Source of the DNA: Candidatus Binatia bacterium
GTDB lineage: Bacteria; Desulfobacterota; Binatia; Bin18
NCBI GenBank assembly: GCA_963666315.2
Contig: CAXXHG010000022.1
Span: 40,343-104,342 of the forward strand
Length of the DNA stretch: 64,000 bases
Direction: 5' to 3'
Below, piece by piece: positions 32,270 to 41,364 of this stretch. The position numbers and the translations under genes were made by a program. The notes beneath the pieces are model-generated. The model saw nothing but the letters and a program-made list of their open reading frames with translations. It searched no databases and was not told where the DNA came from. The first letter of the stretch is position 1. Every line of letters begins with the position of its first letter.

Positions 32270-32699
32270 GGACGATCGGAAGCTTCCACGACGGTGTGAG
32301 CAGGGAACTGAATAGGCACTGCACCCTTCCGGATAGACAGGCAACAAAAGCTTGGACGACAAAAGTGAGGGGGCTGGGGTCTGATCGGTCTGATCTTTAC
32401 TTTATCAATTCAGCCCAATCTTTTGGGGGTATCGTTTCTCACTAGGGGGCAAATTCAAGACTTGACTCCAAGTCCCCTGGGAAACAGGATTACACGTCTG
32501 GCAGGACGTTCCAACTACAAAAGGGCATCGGGGCTCAGGGTGTTAAGTGAGGCAGCAAAGTATGAAGGGCAAACCAGAAAGCCACTAATGCCGCAACGTC
32601 CCCCATAGCTTTACGGCATGGAAAATACTTGGAGCATCTTTTTCTCCCCCTTTACACTTTCGTCTTCGTTTTTCACAGCGTGCTACAGTGTTGGATGCT

Positions 32700-33530
32700 G
32701 CTCATGCCACGGTGTTGCCTGTTCGTAGGCATACCCTCCGGGAACAAGGACGCGCTCCGCTCCTGATGCGGGTAAGACTCAACACCGGGGAAGTCGTGGT
32801 GCGGTCCATTCGCAAAGATGACCTGCATACGGACTATGTGCCGGTCGGGCACTCCACGAACCTGGCCGCCCGGATGGAACAACTCGCTAATCCAGGGTCT
32901 ATCTTGGTCACGGATTAAACTCATAAACTCACCGACGGTTACTTTGAATTCAAAGACCTGGGTCAGACGCAAATCAAAGGCGTCGAAGCGCCGCTCAACG
33001 TCTACGAAGTGCTGGGCGCAGGACGACTGCGCACCCGATTGCAGGTCTCTGCCCGCCGAGGTCTCACGCGCTTTGTGGGTCGTCACAGCGAGCTGGACCA
33101 GCTGCACCGGGCGTTAGAGCAGGCCAAAGACGGCCACGGCCAAATCGTCGGGGTACTGGGCGAGCCGGGGCTAGGGAAGTCACGACTCTTCTACGAGTTC
33201 AAACTCACCTCCCAAACTGGCTGTCGGGTGCTTGAAGCGTTTGCGGTCTCGCATGGGAAGGCGTCGCCGTATTTTCCGATTATCGAGTTGCTCAAGACCT
33301 ACTTTCAGATTGAGCGCACCGATGATGAGCGGACACGGAAGGAGAAAGTCGCGGGGAAAGTCCTCATTCTGGAGCGCAGTCTCGAAGACACCCTGCCCTA
33401 TCTGTTCGCTCTTCTCGGTATCGAAGATCCTGGCTCATCCCTGCAGCAAATGGACGCCCAGATACGGCGCCGCCGGAGGTTTGACGCGCTCAAAAAACTC
33501 TTCCTGCTCGAGAGTCTCAATCAACCGCTC
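32700..33530 (+). pseudogene. Internal fragment of a class III adenylate cyclase-AAA ATPase gene
   Basis: RVRLNTGEVVV...NLAARMEQLA, in-frame TAA at 32916-32918, then KGVEAP, FVGRHSEL and Walker A GEPGLGKS; both ends missing. Confidence 0.82.
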
Positions 33531-33561
33531 CCCCTAACGCCTGGGCGACATAGCCCTCATC

Positions 33562-33581
33562 CGCGATAACTTGACACCGCG
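33562..33581. mobile_element. Isolated IS6-like inverted-repeat end
   Basis: cgataacttgacaccgc resembles the IS6 right end cgataacttgacagtac at 47751-47767 and lies where the cyclase fragment ends. Confidence 0.5.
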
Positions 33582-33653
33582 ATCTTGACAACTCTACATT
33601 GAGCGACGGTAGTATCGATATTCGTTCTGAATTCCATTCGGAGATGAGGCACT

Positions 33654-35270
33654 ATGACTAAACCGAAGACAGACGAAACATCGAGCTTCGATGCAATCGT
33701 GATCGGCGCTGGTATTTCTGGCATGTACTTTATCTATCGCCTACGCGAAATGGGAATGACGGTACGTGTGTTTGAAGCGGGCAGTGGCGTCGGAGGCACG
33801 TGGTATTGGAACCGTTATCCAGGTGCACGCTTCGACTCAGAAAGTTATTCCTATGGCTACTCCTTTTCCCAAGAGCTACTTGACGAATGGGAGTGGGGCG
33901 AACATTTCGCATCTCAGCCCGAAACGCTGCGGTATCTCAATTATGTCGCGGACAAGTTCGATTTGAGGCGTGATATACAATTCAATTCACGGGTTGCCGC
34001 GGCAACTTACGATTCATCCAACCGCAGCTGGCTCGTAGAAACCGAAAAAGGCGAATCCGCGTTCGCGCCGTTCCTACTACAAGCGGCGGGGTGCCTCTCC
34101 GCCCCTTACATTCCTGATTTTGACGGGGTTGATTCCTTTCGTGGTGAGACCTGGCATACCTCGACGTGGCCGCATCATCCGGTAGATTTGAGTGATAAAC
34201 GCGTCGGCGTGATCGGAACCGGGGCCACCGCGGTACAGATGATTACCGAGGTCGCAAAAAACGTCGGTGACCTTACCGTGTTCCAACGCACTCCGAACTA
34301 CTGTAAGCCACTGCGCAACGGCCCCATTGCACCGGACGAACAGCGCGAGATAAAGGCAAGCTACGCGAAAATTTTTGAGCGGTGCAACAGCACCTTTGGT
34401 GGCTTTTTGCATGGTGCAGACGAGCGATGCACGTTCGACGTGAGCAACGAAGAGCGTCTAGCGTTCTACGAAAGACTGTGGAACGAAAAAGGGTTTGCCT
34501 TTTGGTTAGGCGGTTTCAGCGATATTTTGACCGACGAGAAGGCAAATGAAGCAGCCGCGCAATTCGTGCGAAATAAGATCCGGGACCGAGTTGATGATCC
34601 AGAGGTCGCTGAGCTATTGGTACCGACCGATCATGGCTTCGGCACCAAACGCCAGCCCATGGAGAGTGGCTACTACGAAGCTTACAACCGCCCGAACGTT
34701 CACCTCGTCGATTTGAATACGTCTCCCATCGAAAGGTTTACCGAGGAGGGTATCAAAACCAGCGACACCGAGTACCGGTTCGATGTCGTTATTTTCGCGA
34801 CAGGATTTGATGCAGTAACTGGCGCACTCAATCGAATTAAGATTCGGGGTGAGGCCGGCGCGATGTTAAAGGACAAGTGGGATAACGGGCCGAGTGCTTT
34901 TCTCGGAATGAGCACGGTAGGGTTCCCGAATATGTTTATCACCGGGGGGCCTCATAATTCCTCGAGCTTTTGCAATATTCCACGCTGTCTCGAACAAAAC
35001 ATCGAGTGGATCACCAATTGCATCGCCTATATGCGAGCACATGGCTACTCCCGGATCGAAGCAACTCAAGAGGCTGAGGACGCGTGGACTGAACATGTGC
35101 TCGAATCGGCCGATGAAACCCTGCTCACGAAAACGAACTCGTGGTTCATGGGGTCGAATATCCCAGGAAAGAAACGCGTCTTCCTTAACTACGTGGGTGG
35201 GGTCCCAACATTTCGTGCAAAATGCGACGAGGTTGCGTCGAACGACTATGCCGGTTTTATTCTCGAATAG
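33654..35270 (+). CDS. Type I Baeyer-Villiger monooxygenase (cyclohexanone monooxygenase-like)
   Basis: GAGISG, GGTWYWNRYPGARFD, BVMO fingerprint FRGETWHTSTWP, GTGATA, ATGFD. Confidence 0.93.
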   Translation: MTKPKTDETSSFDAIVIGAGISGMYFIYRLREMGMTVRVFEAGSGVGGTWYWNRYPGARFDSESYSYGYSFSQELLDEWEWGEHFASQPETLRYLNYVADKFDLRRDIQFNSRVAAATYDSSNRSWLVETEKGESAFAPFLLQAAGCLSAPYIPDFDGVDSFRGETWHTSTWPHHPVDLSDKRVGVIGTGATAVQMITEVAKNVGDLTVFQRTPNYCKPLRNGPIAPDEQREIKASYAKIFERCNSTFGGFLHGADERCTFDVSNEERLAFYERLWNEKGFAFWLGGFSDILTDEKANEAAAQFVRNKIRDRVDDPEVAELLVPTDHGFGTKRQPMESGYYEAYNRPNVHLVDLNTSPIERFTEEGIKTSDTEYRFDVVIFATGFDAVTGALNRIKIRGEAGAMLKDKWDNGPSAFLGMSTVGFPNMFITGGPHNSSSFCNIPRCLEQNIEWITNCIAYMRAHGYSRIEATQEAEDAWTEHVLESADETLLTKTNSWFMGSNIPGKKRVFLNYVGGVPTFRAKCDEVASNDYAGFILE

Positions 35271-35337
35271 CCGCTCAGGTTCTACCAAGAAACCAGTTGA
35301 GCTACTTATTCCTATCCGCAGCGTAAAAAAGAAGGCA

Positions 35338-35414
35338 CCGGGCTTCTTGTTTCTTCCCCTGCCCCTGCCACAGCCGGGCCAGGCTCGTGGCCGCGCGGAG
35401 TTCCCAGGATTTGG
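35338..35414 (-). pseudogene. 3'-tail remnant of an adenylate cyclase-AAA-TPR gene
   Basis: Translates KSWELRAATSLARLWQGQGKKQEAR; near-identical to the copies at 44824-44939 and 46622-46737. Confidence 0.8.
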
Positions 35415-35420
35415 ATACGT

Positions 35421-36476
35421 TCAGGCGGCTTCGAGGGTCGGCTGCACCTCGCTGCAAAACAGGTCGAGTGTCGACTTGGCTTCATCCATCGTTATGTCGC
35501 CGGTCGGCGTCTGCAGTACGATGTGATCGACCATTCCATCGTCGATAATCTGACCGAAGCGGTCGACGATCTTGCTCGGCGAGCCGTGGCCTGCCTCGAT
35601 CGCGGCATCGATGTGCGCCATGATCCGGCGGAGGGGGCCTAGCGCAGCCTCGGCACCTTCCGCTCCGAGGACCTCGGCATCCCAGCGATGGACCGCGTGC
35701 GCTCGGCGCATGAGGCCTTGCATGCCACGGGTTATAACATCGCGCGCGACCGCTTCGTCACGATCGATGGCGATCACCATCGTCGCACCGACCGTTGGCT
35801 GGTCGTTGGGGCCGTCGAGACGGATCGGGTCGTCCCGGTGAGCGTGCTAGGACTCGACGTAGAGGTCGTAGGCGTCTTTGGGGATCGGCCCCGGGAACAT
35901 CAGCTTGAGCCCGAATCGGCCGGCAGTCGCCGGCCTGCCAGGGTACCAGAACGGGATGTGCTCTTGCACCGGCCGCGTGGCCATCGGCATTGTCCGGAAG
36001 TCGTAGTACTTCGACTCCTCCGAGCTGATCTCGCCGGTCCTTAAGGCGCGAGCGATAATACCGAGGACATCCTCGAATCGATCGGTCGCCGTCGGCCAGT
36101 CGCTCCCGAGCCAGTAGTGCTCGATGGGCGCAACGCCGCGCCCGACGCCGAACGCGAGGCGCCCCGCGGTCAAGTTGTCAAGCACACACAAATCTTCGAT
36201 GAGCTGCACCGGATGATGGAGCGGGAGCAGCTTGACCATGGGTCCCATGCGGATCGTTGTGGTGATCTGCGACGCGGCCGCGATGACCAGATCCTGATTG
36301 GGTGCCATGCAGAGATCGGTGCCGTGATGCTCGGCGAGATAGAAGCCGGTGAACCCTGCTTGGTCAGCCATCCGTACCAAGTCTAGCCGGTCGCGAAACA
36401 GCTGCTGCGTGCTCGTGCCGGGGATGCCCTCGATGTGGTCAAAAATGCCGAATGTTGGGGTGTTCACGGTAGTCAC
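35421..36476 (-). pseudogene. LLM class oxidoreductase with in-frame TAG at 35847-35849
   Basis: LAEHH, HPVQLIEDL, GVGRG; ORFs 35847..36476 and 35421..35780 share a frame (YVES*HAHRDD). Confidence 0.82.
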
Positions 36477-36652
36477 CTATCTGGTTAGTAGCCGAGCTGG
36501 TCTGGGCGTATTGCGCCCATCCCGTGCCTCCGGCTGACGGACTTTGCTCTTTCTAACACATCTGCTTTTGCAGGGCGCCCCTCCGCTTCGACCTGACCCG
36601 ATTCCAAGGTGGGCAGGGCTTCTGCAATATATACAGGAAGATAGGAACCCAT

Positions 36653-36681
36653 TTGACAACATTACCACAGCAGAGTATAAT
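36653..36681 (+). promoter_or_regulatory. Consensus sigma70 promoter, probably driving a leaderless mRNA
   Basis: TTGACA (36653-58), 17-bp spacer, TATAAT (36676-81); ATG 7 nt downstream. Confidence 0.8.
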
Positions 36682-36688
36682 GGGCAGA

Positions 36689-36871
36689 ATGGTACAGAAG
36701 CGGCCAGCGACGCCACCAAGCAAGAAGTTGATTGTCGATATGCCTGCCGATTTGCATAGGTCCCTGAAACTCTATGCGGTCCAGAATGACCGGACAATCC
36801 GAGAAATCGTCATTGAGGCGATTGAAGCAACCATAAGCGGCAAAAGCCGCACCAAACGTAAGAAGAGTTAA
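36689..36871 (+). CDS. Small ribbon-helix-helix (CopG/ParG-like) DNA-binding protein
   Basis: KKLIVDMPADLHRSLKLYAVQNDRTIREIVIEAI fits the RHH beta-alpha-alpha pattern; upstream of an integrase. Confidence 0.7.
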   Translation: MVQKRPATPPSKKLIVDMPADLHRSLKLYAVQNDRTIREIVIEAIEATISGKSRTKRKKS

Positions 36872-37051
36872 ATCGGGCAGTCAGTGCCCGTGTTGTGAGG
36901 TTCATACCTCTCCGTTGAACGACTACTTTCCATCGGTGAGGCTTTTCGTATTGTGCCACTTCCGGCCACCAAGGAGCACGGAGAGGAGTGAGTATGGAGA
37001 AAGAGGATAACAACCCAGGACGAAATTCTAGGTACAGGAAGGAGTAAGTGT

Positions 37052-38236
37052 ATGGCACAAAACGGAACATGGAAGCGGATAGAGCCGCAGCTTTATCGCT
37101 TAAAACACCAAACCCCAACTGGCGAATGGACCACCCGCTACTACGCGCGCTTTAAGGATTGGAAAGGCGTGAATCGGAAGGTTCCGGCCGGCACTGATCT
37201 GCGCGGCGCGAGAACAAAGAAAAAGCTGCTGCTTGGCGAAAATGCGCGCCACGTGGATTTCGATACGTAGAAAACCCGCGCCACCACGTTAGCGCAATGG
37301 GCTGAGGTCTACCTGGACCGGTATGCTAAGGATAAACGTTCCATTTTAGAAGATCGCCGCCACGTCCGCGTGCTCATCGAGTTCTTTGGCAATGCGCTCT
37401 TATCGCAAATCACAGCGGGGAAGATTAACGACTTCAAGCAAGTCCGGAAAGACCGACTGACCTAGCGCGGTGATCCCGTCAGTGTCTCATACTGTAACCG
37501 GGAACTCGCCTGTCTACGCCACCTCCTGAAACTCGCAGAGGAGAAAGACCTGATCGACAAAGCTCCTATGGTTCGTTTGCATCAAGGGGAGAACAGCCGA
37601 GATATTGCACTCTCGACTGAGGAGTACCAGCGGATTCTAACGCTTGCTCCGGCGCACCTTCAACGGATAATGCTCTGCGCCTATGAGACAGGGATGCGCT
37701 CTCGGGAAATCGCGGACTTGACCTGGGACAAAGTGGACATGGAGGCTGGCGTTATTCGTTTAGGAACGGTAGACACCAAGACGAAACACAAGCGTATCAT
37801 CCCCATCCCCCTACCCTGCGGACTGTGCTTACGGAGATCCGGGCGAGCCAACGCCAGGGCAAGGTGGCCCCGATCAGCGGACATGTCTTTACCTGGAAGG
37901 GAAAAGCGTTCAGCAGGCAGGGCTGGAAGCGGTCGTGGAAAACGGCATGTACCAAAGGCGGATTAGTAGGACGTACATTTCCATGACCTGCGCCATACCT
38001 TTGTGACCCGAAAAGTGCGGGAGGGCTGGGACTACAAGCGGATCATGGCAATAACGGGCCATAAGACATTCTCTGTTTTCCAACGCTACAACAACCCGTC
38101 AGAGGATGACATTAAAGAAGTCGTGTCGGCATCCCGCCCAAAAAGAACGTCGGCAGAGCACGTTCGTTGGCAAACTGTTGGCAAACGACCTATGAGTCCT
38201 TCCACACCCATCCGGCCTATTGCGCTAAGTCTCTGA
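37052..38236 (+). pseudogene. Tyrosine integrase, degraded (TAG at 37268 and 37463, frameshift near 37810)
   Basis: YETGMRSREI, TKTK, FHDLRHTF, ITGHKT...QRY; ends ~20 bp from the tRNA-Arg 3' end. Confidence 0.88.
38166..38185 (+). repeat. Tandem 9-bp direct repeat, candidate integrase arm-type sites
   Basis: GTTGGCAAA-ct-GTTGGCAAA about 70 bp from the tRNA 3' end. Confidence 0.5.
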
Positions 38237-38256
38237 ATCAAAAGGGAAAAGAAAAG

Positions 38257-38331
38257 TGCGCCCTGGAAGATTCGAACTTCCGACCTACAGATTCGTAGTC
38301 TGCCGCTCTATCCAGACTGAGCTAAGGGCGC
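38257..38331 (-). tRNA. tRNA-Arg(ACG)
   Basis: GCGCCCTTAGCTCAGTCTGGATAGAGCGGCAGACT-ACG-AATCTGTAGGTCGGAAGTTCGAATCTTCCAGGGCGCA folds into a cloverleaf; CCA not encoded. Confidence 0.95.
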
Positions 38332-38528
38332 GTAATGAAATCAAGTACTTACAGGGGTTGCCCGATGGCGCTTGATTGCGAGTAGAAACAGAGTAGAAAT
38401 TTTCTGTCCCATAAGTCTCTTCATGGTACAGACTCACACCGAATTCATCAAGCGCGGGATCACTGGTGTGAGAGGCGCCAACGCTCTCAAGGAGCCTCAG
38501 CGTGCGTCTGCAACTGCTAAACGCGGGG

Positions 38529-41321
38529 TTAGCTTACTTTCCGCCTCGGAGGAGGGCCTTCAACAACTTCGCGCAGATCATCCTCACTCGGGTTGTTGTA
38601 TCGCTGAAAAACAGAGAACGTCTTATGGCCCGTGATCGCCATGATCCGCTTGTAGTCCCAGCCCTCCCGCACTTTTCGGGTCACAAAGGTATGGCGCAGG
38701 TCATGGAAATGTACGTCCTCTAACTTTGCCTTTCGGCACGCGGTATTGAACGCCCGCTTCCAGCCTTCGGTCATGCGTTTTCCGCCCCAGGTGAAGACCT
38801 GGCCCCCGATCGGCGCGACCTTGCCTTCCCGCTGCTCTGTGCGAATCCCCTCCAGCACTTCCCGGCAGACGGCAGAGATCGGTATCGCCCGCTTATAACT
38901 TGTCTTCGTGTCCTCTGTCGCCAGACGAATAAAGCCCGAGGCAAAGTCGACCTTGTCCCAGGTCAGCTCTTTGATCTCGCCGGACCGCATGCCGGTCTCA
39001 TAGGTGCAGACGAGAATCCGCCGCAGATGTGCAGGCGCGCACGCAAGTAGGCTCTCGTACTCGTCTTCAGACAATGTTCTCTCCCGGGCGTTATCTTCCT
39101 GATGGAGTTTCACGATGGGCGCCGAGTCCAAAATACCCTCTTCCGCCGCCAGGCGCAGGAGATGCCGCAGACAGGCGAGTTCACGATTGCAGTACGCCGC
39201 ACTTACCGGGTGCCCACGCACTGTCTGACGGGATTTCCTGAGCTGTTTGAATTCCTCCACGCGTGATCGGGTAACGCTGGAGAGCAGCACCGGACCGAAG
39301 AAGTCGCCGACGCGGTTCTCACTACTTGCAGCGATAACCGCGTCACCCGGGTAATACAGCACCGACTCTGCCATCAGCGTCATGTCCGTAACCGTCACGG
39401 TACCATCTCTGTTCATATCTTTCTGGAGTGGCCAGTCGCGTTGGCCGGTCAGCACCCCCCACCGGCTCTCCGCTTCTTCGTCGCCCCGGTCCGCAGCTTT
39501 GCGATACCATTCTGCCGCTTGCTGTCGATCACGCGGGACGCCGCGTCCGTATTCAGACAGCAGTCCGAGGTTATAGTGCGCTTCCACGTTTTCGTGGTAC
39601 GCGGCCTTGGAAAACCACTGCCTTGCGAGCTGATAATCCTGCGGCACCCCCTGACCATGCAAATACATAGTGGCTAAGGAGACCTGTGCATTGACTTGGC
39701 CTTGCTCGCCCGCCTTGCGGTACCACGCCGCTGCATCACGGTAGTTCTCGACGACGCCGTAGCCCGCATAATACGCATCCCCCAGATCCCACTGTGCGTC
39801 TGCATGCCCTTGGTCGGCGGCTTTACGGTACCATTTGATTGCTTCGGGATAGTCTTGCGGGACGCCGTAGGCCTGGAAGTACATCGTGCCGAGTATATAT
39901 TGCGCTTGTGCGTGTCCTTGGTCTGCCGCTTTGCGGTACCAGTGCACCGCTTCAAGATCGTCCGTCTCCGCGATGAGGCCGAGAGAGTACACTTCCCCCA
40001 ACAAAAACTGGGCCGTTGCCAGACCCTGGTCCGCCGCCTTACGATACCATTTTGCCGCCGCCACAAAATCTTCCGGCACCCCGAGACCCTCAGAGTATAT
40101 CCGGCCTAATGAGAACTGCGCCTTGGCATGTCCTTGACCTGCAGCTTTGGCATACCACTTGTGTGCTTCTTGAGCACTCTGCGTCACACCGTACCCCCGC
40201 CAGTACAGGTAGCCTAGGCTGTACTGCGCTGCAGCATCCCCTCGATCCGCGGCCTTCCGTGTCCACTTGGCTGCTTCTTCATAATCCTGTGCTACGCCGT
40301 GGCCCTCAGCGTAGATTTGGCCCAGAACATATTGGGCCTCGGCGTCGTCCTGGTCTGCGGCCCTGTGGTACCATTTCTGCGCTTCGGCATGATCCTGCAC
40401 GACTCGGTAGCCGCTGTGGTACATATCACCCAAGCTGCGTTGCGCCACGACGTAGCCCTGCTCTGCCGCTTTGCGGTGCCACTGCAGTGACTCTTCGGCG
40501 TTCGGCTCGACACCCTGCCCGTCGGCATACATTGCGGCCAATGTGAGCTGCGCTTGGCCACTCCCTTGATCTGCCGCTTTGCGGTACCACTTCCGCGCTT
40601 CCGCGTAATCCTGCTCGACGCCGTGGCCCGCCATGTACAGATTCCCCAGGTTGTATTGCGCCGTCGCGTTCCCCTGGTCAGCGGCTTTGCGGTACCACCT
40701 CTCCGCCGTTTGATAATTCTGCTCGAGGCCTTGGCCGTGGTCGTACAGATAACCCAAGGCGAGCTGCGCCGTAGCATCGCCTTGGGCGGCGGCTTTACGG
40801 TACCACAGCGCGGCTTCCTGGCAATCCTGCGTCACGCCCCGGCCTTTGTCGTAGAGAACGCCCAGGTAACTCTGCGCTTCCTTTTCGCCTTGGTCGGCGG
40901 CCTTGCGATACCACTTTGCGGCGGTAGGAAAGTCCTGCGGCACGCCGTAACCCAGTTGGTATAAGTGACCTAGATTGGTCTGCGCCAAGTCCATGCCCTG
41001 GGCCGCAGATTTACGGTACCACTTGAGTGCTTCCTGAAAGTCTTGCTCGACGCCTCGGCCTTCGGCGTGCATGAATCCGACCCAGAACTCCGCATCGGCC
41101 TCTCCCTGGTCCGCGGCCTTGCGCCACCAGTGCAGAGCTGCCGCATCGTCTTGCGGACCTCTGGTGCCGGCGTAGTGGACATACCCCATCATGACCTGCG
41201 CGGAGGCCTCACCCTTGGTGGCCCTCTCCTGAAGGTCTGCGAAACGGTCAGCCAGCGTCAGAACGGGGCTGAGCAACAATCCACACGTCAGAGACAGTAT
41301 TCCTGTCTGCCGAATGTTCAT
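38529..41321 (-). CDS. In-frame fusion: signal peptide, 16 Sel1-like repeats, EF-hand/dockerin-like loop, tyrosine-integrase core-binding and catalytic domains
   Basis: MNIRQTGILSLTCGLLLSPVLTLA leader; 36-aa repeats AQxxLGxxYxxGxGVxQDxxEAxxWYRKAADQG; DMNRDGTVTVTD; then GMRSGE, TKT, HDLRH, GH, QRY. Confidence 0.85.
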   Translation of the reverse strand: MNIRQTGILSLTCGLLLSPVLTLADRFADLQERATKGEASAQVMMGYVHYAGTRGPQDDAAALHWWRKAADQGEADAEFWVGFMHAEGRGVEQDFQEALKWYRKSAAQGMDLAQTNLGHLYQLGYGVPQDFPTAAKWYRKAADQGEKEAQSYLGVLYDKGRGVTQDCQEAALWYRKAAAQGDATAQLALGYLYDHGQGLEQNYQTAERWYRKAADQGNATAQYNLGNLYMAGHGVEQDYAEARKWYRKAADQGSGQAQLTLAAMYADGQGVEPNAEESLQWHRKAAEQGYVVAQRSLGDMYHSGYRVVQDHAEAQKWYHRAADQDDAEAQYVLGQIYAEGHGVAQDYEEAAKWTRKAADRGDAAAQYSLGYLYWRGYGVTQSAQEAHKWYAKAAGQGHAKAQFSLGRIYSEGLGVPEDFVAAAKWYRKAADQGLATAQFLLGEVYSLGLIAETDDLEAVHWYRKAADQGHAQAQYILGTMYFQAYGVPQDYPEAIKWYRKAADQGHADAQWDLGDAYYAGYGVVENYRDAAAWYRKAGEQGQVNAQVSLATMYLHGQGVPQDYQLARQWFSKAAYHENVEAHYNLGLLSEYGRGVPRDRQQAAEWYRKAADRGDEEAESRWGVLTGQRDWPLQKDMNRDGTVTVTDMTLMAESVLYYPGDAVIAASSENRVGDFFGPVLLSSVTRSRVEEFKQLRKSRQTVRGHPVSAAYCNRELACLRHLLRLAAEEGILDSAPIVKLHQEDNARERTLSEDEYESLLACAPAHLRRILVCTYETGMRSGEIKELTWDKVDFASGFIRLATEDTKTSYKRAIPISAVCREVLEGIRTEQREGKVAPIGGQVFTWGGKRMTEGWKRAFNTACRKAKLEDVHFHDLRHTFVTRKVREGWDYKRIMAITGHKTFSVFQRYNNPSEDDLREVVEGPPPRRKVS

Positions 41322-41364
41322 CAGGTTGGCCCGTCTTCCGGAGGCTGCGTATGCTCTGTGAGAC

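Noticed and set aside
32700-33530. Intact STAND/Avs-type antiphage NTPase
   Set aside because: Only a broken internal fragment of the common cyclase-AAA-TPR family, with no effector domain or intact ORF.
39480-41230. CRISPR-like periodic repeats (gcggctttgcggtacca every 108 bp)
   Set aside because: These are the coding periodicity of 36-aa Sel1 repeats; they are degenerate at codon third positions and no cas genes are present.
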